Positions 27,000 through 35,962 of a stretch of 64,000 bases of DNA are shown piece by piece. Every line of letters begins with the position of its first letter. Position 1 is the stretch's first letter. Source of the stretch: Sumerlaeia bacterium (lineage in GTDB: Bacteria; Sumerlaeota; Sumerlaeia; SLMS01; JAHLLQ01); the NCBI GenBank assembly GCA_040219255.1, contig JAVJSW010000008.1:1-64000 (forward strand), given 5' to 3'. A program made the position numbers and the translations under genes. Below the pieces are notes generated by a model. The model saw only the letters and a program-made list of their open reading frames with translations. It did not search any database and was not told the origin of the DNA.

Positions 27000-27692
27000 T
27001 TACCGATGAAAATATTCGACCCGGGCGAAATCTGCCGCAGCCTTGAGACTGGAGAAGTTGCGGTATTTGTTGCATGCAAGAAAACGGTCCAAAGGACCCA
27101 CCGCGAGCACCTCCATCCCCGCCGCCTCCGCGGCCTTCACCCCGGAAACCGAGTCTTCGAAGACAAGACTTGTCCGCGGAGCGACTCCCAGCATTTCCGC
27201 CACCCTCAGATAAGGTTCCGGATCGGGCTTGGGACGTGCCACGTCCTCCAGGGTCAGAACCACCTGAAAAGCCTCCGCCAGACCTGAAGCTTTCAGCGAA
27301 ATCTCCGCGATGGAGCGGCTGCAACTGGTGCAAACGGCGAGCCGGCACCCGGTCTCGGCGAAGGCGGCGACGGCCTCGCGCGCGCCCGGGACGATGAAGG
27401 AGCGCTCGCTGGCCAGTTCACGGAAGCGCGCTTGTTTGCGGCGCACCGATTCGGCGGCGCTGATCGGCAGGCGGTATTCCTCCTCCAGCACCCTGCCCAG
27501 GTGCGGTTCGGGGCAGCCGATCCAGCCTTCGAACCATTCGTCCGTCAGTTCGAAGCCGAACGGCGCCAGAACGTCTCGCCAAGCGTCGCGATGGATCGGT
27601 TCACTGTCCACCAGGGTGCCGTCGAGATCGAAAATGACGGCCTGGATCGAGGGTCGGTGAGTGAGCAAGGGAGGTTTCCTTTCGGGAGTCAT
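27000..27692 (-). CDS. HAD-family phosphatase (beta-PGM/CbbY-like)
   Basis: IFDLDGTLVDSE, KPDPEPY and VFEDS..GV.AA..AGM motifs. Confidence 0.9.
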   Translation of the reverse strand: MTPERKPPLLTHRPSIQAVIFDLDGTLVDSEPIHRDAWRDVLAPFGFELTDEWFEGWIGCPEPHLGRVLEEEYRLPISAAESVRRKQARFRELASERSFIVPGAREAVAAFAETGCRLAVCTSCSRSIAEISLKASGLAEAFQVVLTLEDVARPKPDPEPYLRVAEMLGVAPRTSLVFEDSVSGVKAAEAAGMEVLAVGPLDRFLACNKYRNFSSLKAAADFARVEYFHR

Positions 27693-27978
27693 CGCATCCG
27701 GATCATACCAGAGGAATCATGACACTGAAATTGGGATAAGGTTGGAAGCCCGGCGGGTCAATCAATCGCTTACTTGGATGACTTTGCCCATTTTTCGAAA
27801 AATTCAGGGGAATGAAATCAGTTTCTCCTGCACTCTTTGTGTTTATTTTCTGCAAAAGCGTGCATTTCTCCCTTGCGTTTCGGGGCCGGATGCTTTTCCG
27901 TTGCACCATCATTTCCAGACGTCGCGGCCCGCGCACCTGGACACGCTGGGTCAGGACGCGCCGCCTGAGGGGTTCTCC

Positions 27979-30489
27979 ATGGCAACATCCGCTCCAAAGT
28001 CCACCAAATCTCCCAAGAAGGAATCGGTGAAGAACACAGCAACCGCTCCCGCCGCGAAGGCAAACGACGGCGCCGCCACCGGCAATGGCGCCACCCAGAC
28101 GAAGTCCTCAACCTCGACCCCATCGCGCCGCCGCACGGCTCCCTCCATGAAAACCTCTTCTAAAGTCGAACAAGCATTCCTCGATCAGCGCGGCCGCCCG
28201 CTGCGCTTCGCCCCCAACGAGAAAGCCAGCATCGTCGAAGTCTCCGACTTCCCGACCCTCGGCCGCCTGACCGCCCTGCGCTTCCTCGAGTGGGTTCTCG
28301 AAAACCCCGAAGGCGTCGTCAGCCTGCCCACCGGCAAAACCCCCGAGTACTTCATCCGCTGGACGAAGCACTACCTGGAGAACTGGACCAAGAAGGCCAC
28401 CCAGGAGCAGCTCGCCTCCTACGGCATTCCGACCGCCAAGCGCCCCGAACTGCACGGCCTGCGCTTTGTCCAGATCGACGAATTCTACCCCATCGAGCCC
28501 ACCCAGCGGAACAGCTTCTACTACTATGTGATGAAGCACTACATCCGCGGTTTCGGACTCGATCCCGAGCGCGCTCTCCTCATCGACCCGTCCACCATCG
28601 GCATTCCGGAAGGCATGACGGTGCAGGAAGTTTACCCCGATGGCCACGTGGACCTGAGCCTGCGTTCGCGCCAGCCCAAGAACGACCTGGAAACCCTGCA
28701 GCAGCAGGTAATCCAGGAAGTCGATCAGTTCTGCAGCGAATTCGAGCAGAAGATCCGAGACTGGGGCGGCATCGGCTTCTTCCTGGGCGGTATCGGCCCG
28801 GACGGCCACATCGGCTTCAACGCCCGCGGTTCGCACCTGCATTCGCCCACGCGCCTGACGCTGACGAACTATGAAACGGAAGCGGCCGCCGCCGGCGATC
28901 TTGGCGGCATCGAAGTCTCGCGCAACAAGCCGGTCATCACCATCGGCCTGGGCACGATCACCTTCAACCCGGAAGCCACCGTCATCATCTTCGCCGCCGG
29001 TGAAGCCAAGGCCCCGCAAGTCGCCGCCGCCGTGGAGAAGGACAAGAACGTCCTCTACCCCGCCAGCGTCCTGCAGGACATGAAGAACGCCCGCTTCTAC
29101 CTGACCACTGGCGCCTGCCTTTACCTGAACGAGCGCAACCTGGACGACGTCCTGAAGACGGAGAAAATCAGCGACGAAAAGCTGGAGAAGCACGTCTTCG
29201 ACCGCGCCGTGGCGGTGGACAAGCGCCTGGAGGATTTGACTCCGGCAGATCTCGGCGACGACCGCATCTTGAAGGCGATCCTGGAAAAGACCGGTAAGGA
29301 ACTGCCGGAAGCGGCCAAGTGGACCCAGGAGCGGCTGATGCAGAAAATCGCCCGCGGTCTGGAAACCCCGGAAAACGAGACGATCCTGCACACCGGCCCC
29401 CACCACGACGACATCATGCTGGGTTATATGCCCTACATCATGCACCTGGTGCGCCGCCCCACGAACAAGAACTTCTTCACCGTTCTGACCTCGGGCTTCA
29501 CCGCCGTGACGAACAACTTCCTGGCGAGCGTCATGCAGGACTGCCTGAGCTTCATCGAGGAAGGCGAGTACGAGAAGGATCAGCGCGAAGGCGCGTTCTT
29601 CAACGACAACCAGGCCGCCCGCGCCGAGGAAGTGTACCGCTTCCTGGATGGCATCGCCGCCCGCGACGACCGCGCCAGCCGCCGCGCCCAGGCCCGCCGC
29701 ATGCTCTACAATCTGATGAACGTGTACGAGGAAGACGACCTCGAACGCATCAGCGAGCGCATCAACGAAAACCTCCACTACCTCAGCACGCTCTACCCTG
29801 GTAAGAAGGATGTTCCGATCATCCAGAAGCTGAAGGGCATGCAGCGCGAGTACGAGGAAGAGCTGATCTGGGGCTACGTCGGCACCGCCCCCCAGCACGT
29901 GCACCACCTGCGCCTGGGCTTCTACACCGGCGATATCTTCACCGAGCAGCCCACGATGGACCGCGACGTGCTGCCCTTTGTGAACCTGCTGAAGGAAGTC
30001 GAGCCGACCACCGTGACGGTGACGATCGACCCTGAAGGCGCCGGCCCGGACACCCACTACAAGGTGCTCCAGGTCATCAACGAAGGCCTTGTCCGCTACA
30101 AGAAGGAAACGGGCAACTCGCCCAAGGTGTGGGGCTACCGCAACGTGTGGTATCGCTTCCACCCGTCGCAGGCGAACGTCTTCATCCCGGCGACGCTGAA
30201 CACGATGGCGATCATGGACAACAGCTTCATGAACTGCTTCGGTTCGCAGAAGGCCGCTTCGTTCCCGAGCTTCGAGTACGACGGCCCCTTCAGCGAACAC
30301 GCCCAGAACATCTGGGTCGCCCAGTTCCGCAAGCTGCGCACCTGCCTGGGCGAGCGCTTCTTCATCGAGAACGACAGCCCCCGCCTGCGCGCCGCCCGCG
30401 GCATGCTCTACCTCAAGACCATGACGCTCGACGAGTTCAGCGGCATCAGCCGCACGCTGGCCAAGGCGACGGAAGGTTTTGGGGGTTGA
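27979..30489 (+). CDS. nagB: glucosamine-6-phosphate deaminase fused to a PIG-L-type deacetylase-like domain
   Basis: SLPTGKTPE, QIDEFYP, LGGIGPDGHIGFN and ITIGLGTI; C-terminal GPHHDDIMLG and GPDTH; start at MATSAPK after GAGG. Confidence 0.88.
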   Translation: MATSAPKSTKSPKKESVKNTATAPAAKANDGAATGNGATQTKSSTSTPSRRRTAPSMKTSSKVEQAFLDQRGRPLRFAPNEKASIVEVSDFPTLGRLTALRFLEWVLENPEGVVSLPTGKTPEYFIRWTKHYLENWTKKATQEQLASYGIPTAKRPELHGLRFVQIDEFYPIEPTQRNSFYYYVMKHYIRGFGLDPERALLIDPSTIGIPEGMTVQEVYPDGHVDLSLRSRQPKNDLETLQQQVIQEVDQFCSEFEQKIRDWGGIGFFLGGIGPDGHIGFNARGSHLHSPTRLTLTNYETEAAAAGDLGGIEVSRNKPVITIGLGTITFNPEATVIIFAAGEAKAPQVAAAVEKDKNVLYPASVLQDMKNARFYLTTGACLYLNERNLDDVLKTEKISDEKLEKHVFDRAVAVDKRLEDLTPADLGDDRILKAILEKTGKELPEAAKWTQERLMQKIARGLETPENETILHTGPHHDDIMLGYMPYIMHLVRRPTNKNFFTVLTSGFTAVTNNFLASVMQDCLSFIEEGEYEKDQREGAFFNDNQAARAEEVYRFLDGIAARDDRASRRAQARRMLYNLMNVYEEDDLERISERINENLHYLSTLYPGKKDVPIIQKLKGMQREYEEELIWGYVGTAPQHVHHLRLGFYTGDIFTEQPTMDRDVLPFVNLLKEVEPTTVTVTIDPEGAGPDTHYKVLQVINEGLVRYKKETGNSPKVWGYRNVWYRFHPSQANVFIPATLNTMAIMDNSFMNCFGSQKAASFPSFEYDGPFSEHAQNIWVAQFRKLRTCLGERFFIENDSPRLRAARGMLYLKTMTLDEFSGISRTLAKATEGFGG

Positions 30490-30522
30490 TCCCAGCCTGA
30501 AATCGCGTCTATGACAACCGCG

Positions 30523-30562
30523 CCCGCTTCGGAAGACACGACTCGTTCCGAAGCGGGTTTTT
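30523..30562 (+). terminator. intrinsic terminator after nagB
   Basis: CCCGCTTCGGAA / TTCCGAAGCGGG stem plus T-tract. Confidence 0.75.
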
Positions 30563-30593
30563 CCGTTTTTTTCGCAAAGGCTCTCCCCCGCCC

Positions 30594-33500
30594 ATGATCC
30601 TCCATCTCCGCACCCTGCGCAAACTGCGCCGCACCCTGGAATTCTACGAGCTACTCAGCTTTGAAAGCCTGCAGCCCGTTGCCTTCGAATTCCAGGAAAC
30701 GAAGGCCCATCATCGCCGCACCCCGGCCGACGGCGTCTGGCGCCGGATCGAGGTGGGCGAAAGCTGGGGCGCGGAGTGGGCCAACGGCTGGTTCCGGACC
30801 GAGGTGACCCTGCCCCCGGACGCCGCCGGGCGCCGTGTTTATCTGAGGGCGGACACCGGTACGGCGGAGACTATTCTGTTCGTGGACGAGGTTCCTTACG
30901 GGGTGCTTACTCCCAACTACGATTTCAGCGGCTGCACCCCGCCCTATCAGCACCGCGAAGCGCTCCTGACGCCGATGGCGGAACCGGGCCGGAAGCTGAC
31001 GATTTCGCTGGAGGCCTACGCCGGCCACAGCCATCCCGGCACCCAGCCCCCGCGGGCCAGCGGGAACGTCATGGGCGCCGAATTTGCACGGCCCACCTAT
31101 CGCGGAGCGGAGGTCGTGGCGGAACGCACGGATGTGATGGAATTCTGCTACGATCTGCTGGTTTTGCTGGACTTGGTCGATGCGCTCGAGGCGAACAGCC
31201 TGCGCCGGGCGAAGGTCGCCAAGGGCCTTGCGGAGGTCTGGAAGGTCCTGCCCGCCGAGCCCCAGCGAGTGGCCGAGGATGATTGGCGCCAGGCGATGGC
31301 CCGCGCCCGCGAGATCATGGCACCGCTGCTGGCCCGCAAGAACGGGCCGACCGCACCGGTCTTCGGGATCATCGGCCATTCGCACATCGACACCGCCTGG
31401 TTGTGGCCCATTTCCGAGACGGATCGCAAGATCGCTCGCTCGGCCAGCAATTACCTGGCGCTAATGGAGTTGGACCCCAAATTCCGCGCGCTGATGAGCG
31501 CGCCCTATCACATGGAGCGCCTCCGCACGGAATACCCGGAACTCTACACCCGCATCGCTGAACGCACTCGCGAAGCCCGCTTTGAAGTCAACGGCGCCAT
31601 GTGGATCGAACCCGACGGCAACATCCCCAGCGGCGAGTCCTTTGTGCGCCAACTGCTGTACGCGCAGCGTTGGACGCGCGAGCAATTCGGCCAGACGATG
31701 GACACGCTGTGGCTGCCGGATACCTTCGGCTACTCGGCGGCGCTGCCCCAGATCCTGCGCCAGGGCGGCGTGCCCTACTTCTGCACGACCAAGCTGTCGT
31801 GGAACGACACGAACAAGTTCCCGTACGACATGTTCCACTGGCAGGGCATCGACGGCTCGCGGGTGCTGGCGCACCTGAACGTGATGGACCTGGAGGGTCC
31901 CTCGCCGAAGACGCTGACCCTGAACTGGAACCGCGTTCAGCACAAAGACGTGCAGGATCGCGTGCAGGCCATCTACGGCTTTGGCGACGGCGGCAACGGC
32001 CCCCATCGCCGCAACATGGAATATGCCCGCCGGGTCGAGGATCTGGAAGGCATCCCCCGCGCCAAATCGATGACCGTTTCGGAATTCATGCAGGGCGCCG
32101 AGCGCGACCTGGGCTCGGACCTGCCGGTCTGGATGGGCGAGCTTTACCTCGAACTGCACCGCGGCACCCTGACATCGCAGGCCTGGATCAAGCGCCACAA
32201 CCGGCGGAACGAATTCCTGCTGCACGACGCCGAATTCCTCTGGGCGATGGCCTGGAAAAATGGAGCCGAATGGCCCGAGGCGGAATTCGAACGGCTCTGG
32301 AAAGACCATCTTCTGCACCAATTCCACGACATCCTGCCGGGCACTTCGATCCAGCGCGTGAACGAAGAAGCCGTCGCGGCGATGGGCCGCATCGGCGAGG
32401 AAGTGGAAGCCCTGGCGCAAGCCGGCGCGGAGGCGTTGGACCTCAAGGGCGATGGCCGAAATCAGGCCCTGATGCTGGTCAACACGCTCGGTTGGGACCG
32501 CAGCGGGCCCGTGGAATTGATGAACCTGCCGGAGGGCTATTCGCCAGGCGATCACAGCCGCCGCTGGCAGGCCATCCGCAAGCCCTGGAGCCACGAGACC
32601 ATCATCGTCGCCGGTCAGCAGGACATCCCCGCCATGGGCTCGAGAATCCTGCCGCTCCAGCACATCAGCCTCTCGGATACGCTGCCGCCATCGCCCTTCT
32701 CGGTCCATGACGGTGAAATCGAAACCTCGCGCCTGATCGTGCGCTACGATTCAGAAACGGGCGCGATCACCTCGATGTTCGACAAGGCTCTCCGACGCGA
32801 ATGCGTGGCGGAAGGCGGGGCCATCAATTTGCTCCAATTTGGCGAGGACGTGCCGGAACTCTGGGACGTTTGGGACATCGACAGCGATCAGGAGCACAAA
32901 CTGGAAACGGTGCAGCCTATGGGTCCGCCGGACATCGTGTCCGAGGGCCCGCTGCAACTGCGCCTGCGCTGGAAATTCCATGTCGGCCGAAAGTCAGAAA
33001 TGATCCAGGACATGGTGCTGCGGAACAAATCTCCGCAGGTCGATTTCGAAGCTGTCATCGACTGGCGCGAGGAGCACACGCTCCTCAAAGCCCGCTTCGA
33101 CCTCGCCCCCTGCGCCACGGAAGCGCGCCACGAAATCCAGTTTGGCCATGTCAAACGTCCCACCCACCGCAACATGCCGGAAGACCGCGCGCGCTTCGAG
33201 ACCTGCTGCCATAAGTGGAGCGACATCAGCGAACCGAGCTTCGGCGTGGCGCTGCTCAACGACGGCAAGTACGGCGTTGGCGCCCACGAGACGACGCTGA
33301 CGCTGTCGCTGCTGAAGGGCGGCATCCGGCCCGACCCGCGCGGCGACGCCGCGCGCCATATCGTACGCTACGCCGTGCGCGCCCACGATGGGTTCTCGGT
33401 GGCCAACGTGGTCAAACCCGCCTACGAGTTCAACCTGGCGCCGATGCATTTTCACTGTGCCACAGGAGCCGAACCGATTCAGCCCCCCTTCGCCTTCGAG

Positions 33501-33737
33501 GCCGAAACGGTCATCATCGACGCCATCAAGCGCTCGGAAGATGGCAGGGGCCTGATCGTGCGTCTCTACGAGGCGGGCGGCCGCACGAGCCACGCGACCC
33601 TGCGTTTCTCCCCCGGCGCCACCGTGGAAGAAACGAATCTGCTGGAAGACGTGGATAGCGCCCTCCCCGTGGACGAGAAGGGCGCGCTGTCTTTGACCTT
33701 CCGGCCGTTTCAGCTGAGGACGTTGAAGGTCGGCTGA
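30594..33737 (+). CDS. alpha-mannosidase, GH38
   Basis: GHSHIDTAWLWP, WLPDTFGY, GDGG.GP, ELYLELHRGT and QFHDILPGTS motifs. Confidence 0.95.
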   Translation: MILHLRTLRKLRRTLEFYELLSFESLQPVAFEFQETKAHHRRTPADGVWRRIEVGESWGAEWANGWFRTEVTLPPDAAGRRVYLRADTGTAETILFVDEVPYGVLTPNYDFSGCTPPYQHREALLTPMAEPGRKLTISLEAYAGHSHPGTQPPRASGNVMGAEFARPTYRGAEVVAERTDVMEFCYDLLVLLDLVDALEANSLRRAKVAKGLAEVWKVLPAEPQRVAEDDWRQAMARAREIMAPLLARKNGPTAPVFGIIGHSHIDTAWLWPISETDRKIARSASNYLALMELDPKFRALMSAPYHMERLRTEYPELYTRIAERTREARFEVNGAMWIEPDGNIPSGESFVRQLLYAQRWTREQFGQTMDTLWLPDTFGYSAALPQILRQGGVPYFCTTKLSWNDTNKFPYDMFHWQGIDGSRVLAHLNVMDLEGPSPKTLTLNWNRVQHKDVQDRVQAIYGFGDGGNGPHRRNMEYARRVEDLEGIPRAKSMTVSEFMQGAERDLGSDLPVWMGELYLELHRGTLTSQAWIKRHNRRNEFLLHDAEFLWAMAWKNGAEWPEAEFERLWKDHLLHQFHDILPGTSIQRVNEEAVAAMGRIGEEVEALAQAGAEALDLKGDGRNQALMLVNTLGWDRSGPVELMNLPEGYSPGDHSRRWQAIRKPWSHETIIVAGQQDIPAMGSRILPLQHISLSDTLPPSPFSVHDGEIETSRLIVRYDSETGAITSMFDKALRRECVAEGGAINLLQFGEDVPELWDVWDIDSDQEHKLETVQPMGPPDIVSEGPLQLRLRWKFHVGRKSEMIQDMVLRNKSPQVDFEAVIDWREEHTLLKARFDLAPCATEARHEIQFGHVKRPTHRNMPEDRARFETCCHKWSDISEPSFGVALLNDGKYGVGAHETTLTLSLLKGGIRPDPRGDAARHIVRYAVRAHDGFSVANVVKPAYEFNLAPMHFHCATGAEPIQPPFAFEAETVIIDAIKRSEDGRGLIVRLYEAGGRTSHATLRFSPGATVEETNLLEDVDSALPVDEKGALSLTFRPFQLRTLKVG

Positions 33738-33750
33738 AGCGCTGAGAAGC

Positions 33751-35955
33751 TTACGCTTCCTTGCGGCAGCTAATCAGCGCCACCGACTCGTCTGGGTCGA
33801 TGGTCTGGGTTTCCACGCGGGCGACACTGAGCATCTGGCCGGTCTCGACCAACCCAGTCAGGTCAGCGATCTGGTTCGGTTTCACCAGGAACACGTCCGG
33901 CAGCACTTCGCCGCCGTCGCCGTAGGTCGTGTAGGCTTCCAGGATGTAGGACAGACGGTCCTGCACCTCGTTCGGCTTCAGGATATCGACGCGGGCGTCG
34001 GGCACTTGCAGGCGCACGATGCCTTCTTTGTCGATGACGACCGCAGGGGTGCGAATGGTTTTGAGCAAGCCGAGCAGAATCCGCTTCTCCATCTCCGCCT
34101 GGAACACGCGCAACCAGCCGTTGCCCACAGTCTTTTCCTCTACCTGCGCCGCGGTGGATTTCATGGTTTCCGCAGCCTGCGACTGGAGTTCTTCCTTGGA
34201 CGGCAGCTTGCCACCCAGTTCCCGCGTTCGCAGTTCCGGCGTGCCGCTGGCGGTGGCGCTGACGCGCTTGGTCTGGCGGTCCACTTCCACGACCACCTCG
34301 ACCGAATCCGGGTCCGCACCCATGGCGATGACCGACTCGACCGCTTCGCGGCGGATGCTCATCAGGTCGCTTTCCGAGGGATTCATGATGCTCCGCTCGA
34401 CGGTGTCCTGGATGATGCCGAGGGCGACGCCGATCGCGCTGATCACTTCGTTGTTCTTCGCGATGCGGTAATCCATCTTCATCTTACGCGCGGTGAAGGG
34501 CACGATGGCCTCGGCCCCGCCGCCGCCGCCGACCAGCGTGATGCGCCGGTCCTTCAGCTTGTGCTCGTCCAGCATCGCCTTGACGACCTTGATGACGCGC
34601 TTTGTGGCGACTTCGAGAAGCTTCTCGGCGAGGGCGCCGGCGCTCATGCCGGCCTTCTTGCCGACCTCGTGGAAGCACGTCGTGATCGAGGCCATGTCGC
34701 CTTGGGCGTAGCCCTCGACCAAATCCAGCATGTTCGCCGCGCCCGTCGGCGTCAGGGTAATGGTCGGTTTCTCCGCGCCGTTGACCGCCAGGGCGAGGTA
34801 ATCGTCCGGGTCGTCGGGTCGCGGGCGGATCGTCTCGACGCGCACGGACCCGACATCGTGGGTGAAGGCTTCGTAGCCCAGGCCCGCAATGTGGGCGCTG
34901 CGGGGGCCGACATCGATCAGTTTGCCGTCCTTGAATCGCGGAACCGAACCTCCGGCGATGCCGACGGTGCGCACGTCCAACGTGCGAACGAAGAGCCGGT
35001 GGCCGCCGACTTCGCCATGGCGCACGATGGGCCGGCCGTTCTTGATCACGCAGATGTCGCTGGTCGTGCCGCCCACTTCGATCATCGAGCCGTCGGTGAT
35101 GCGTTCGTACATCAGCGCCGCCGCCACGCCCGCTGCGGGGCCGGACAGCATGGTCAGGATCGGGCGCTTGCGCATGGCTTCGATATCCATGATGCCGCCA
35201 TCGCTGCGCATCACCATCAGGGGCGCGTCGATCCCGCTCTCGCGAACCGCCTGTTCGGTGCGATTGGCGGTCTCGAGCATTTTGGGCAGCATCGACGCGT
35301 TGATGACGGCGGTGCGGGTGCGCACACGCAGACCGTAGAGCTGGCTCAGCGAACTGCTCGAACTGGCCGGCAGGCCCATCTCGCGGGCGATTTCGGCGAC
35401 CCGTTCCTCGCGGCTCGGATCGTCCACGCCAAAGCTCTCGGAGGCGACGATGGCTTCCGCGCCTTCTTCCTTCAGCTCCGTGATCGCTTTGCGGATTTGA
35501 TCCTCTCCCAAGTCCTTAGTATCCAAGTATCGGAAGCAGGTCTTGAGGTACTTGCCCTCGGAGAGTTCGATGGCACCGGGGTTGGCTTCGCTGCGGGCGC
35601 GCACCGCCGCGGCGCCGGTCGCCATGCCCACCACGCCGACCTTGGCGACGTCGCCCTCGATCAGGGCGTTGGTGGCCTGGGTTGTGGAGTGCGCGATCAG
35701 GATGACTTCTTCCGGGTGGATGCGCGCTTCTTCCAGGAGCTTGTGCATCGATTGCACAACGCCGCTGGCGACGCCTTCCTCGGCGGTGTGGGTCGTCGGG
35801 ACGACGGACTTGCCGACCAAGTCCATCGTGGTCAGGTCCACGGCGACGGCGTGGGTGAAGGTACCACCGACGTCGATGCCGATTTTAATGCGGCGATGGC
35901 CTTCGTTTTCCACCGGATGATGGGCGATCGGGGTGTGGTCTTGAATGGAACTCAT
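33751..35955 (-). CDS. hydantoinase/oxoprolinase A-family ATP-dependent protein
   Basis: IGIDVGGTFT, HSTT.ATNA, LSGPAAG, EVGGTTSD and GIAGGS motifs. Confidence 0.9.
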   Translation of the reverse strand: MSSIQDHTPIAHHPVENEGHRRIKIGIDVGGTFTHAVAVDLTTMDLVGKSVVPTTHTAEEGVASGVVQSMHKLLEEARIHPEEVILIAHSTTQATNALIEGDVAKVGVVGMATGAAAVRARSEANPGAIELSEGKYLKTCFRYLDTKDLGEDQIRKAITELKEEGAEAIVASESFGVDDPSREERVAEIAREMGLPASSSSSLSQLYGLRVRTRTAVINASMLPKMLETANRTEQAVRESGIDAPLMVMRSDGGIMDIEAMRKRPILTMLSGPAAGVAAALMYERITDGSMIEVGGTTSDICVIKNGRPIVRHGEVGGHRLFVRTLDVRTVGIAGGSVPRFKDGKLIDVGPRSAHIAGLGYEAFTHDVGSVRVETIRPRPDDPDDYLALAVNGAEKPTITLTPTGAANMLDLVEGYAQGDMASITTCFHEVGKKAGMSAGALAEKLLEVATKRVIKVVKAMLDEHKLKDRRITLVGGGGGAEAIVPFTARKMKMDYRIAKNNEVISAIGVALGIIQDTVERSIMNPSESDLMSIRREAVESVIAMGADPDSVEVVVEVDRQTKRVSATASGTPELRTRELGGKLPSKEELQSQAAETMKSTAAQVEEKTVGNGWLRVFQAEMEKRILLGLLKTIRTPAVVIDKEGIVRLQVPDARVDILKPNEVQDRLSYILEAYTTYGDGGEVLPDVFLVKPNQIADLTGLVETGQMLSVARVETQTIDPDESVALISCRKEA

Positions 35956-35962
35956 GATCGAA

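Noticed and set aside
26929-27348. N-terminal extension of ORF 25873..27348
   Set aside because: It overlaps the HAD gene; the RBS, operator and signal peptide place the start at 26928.
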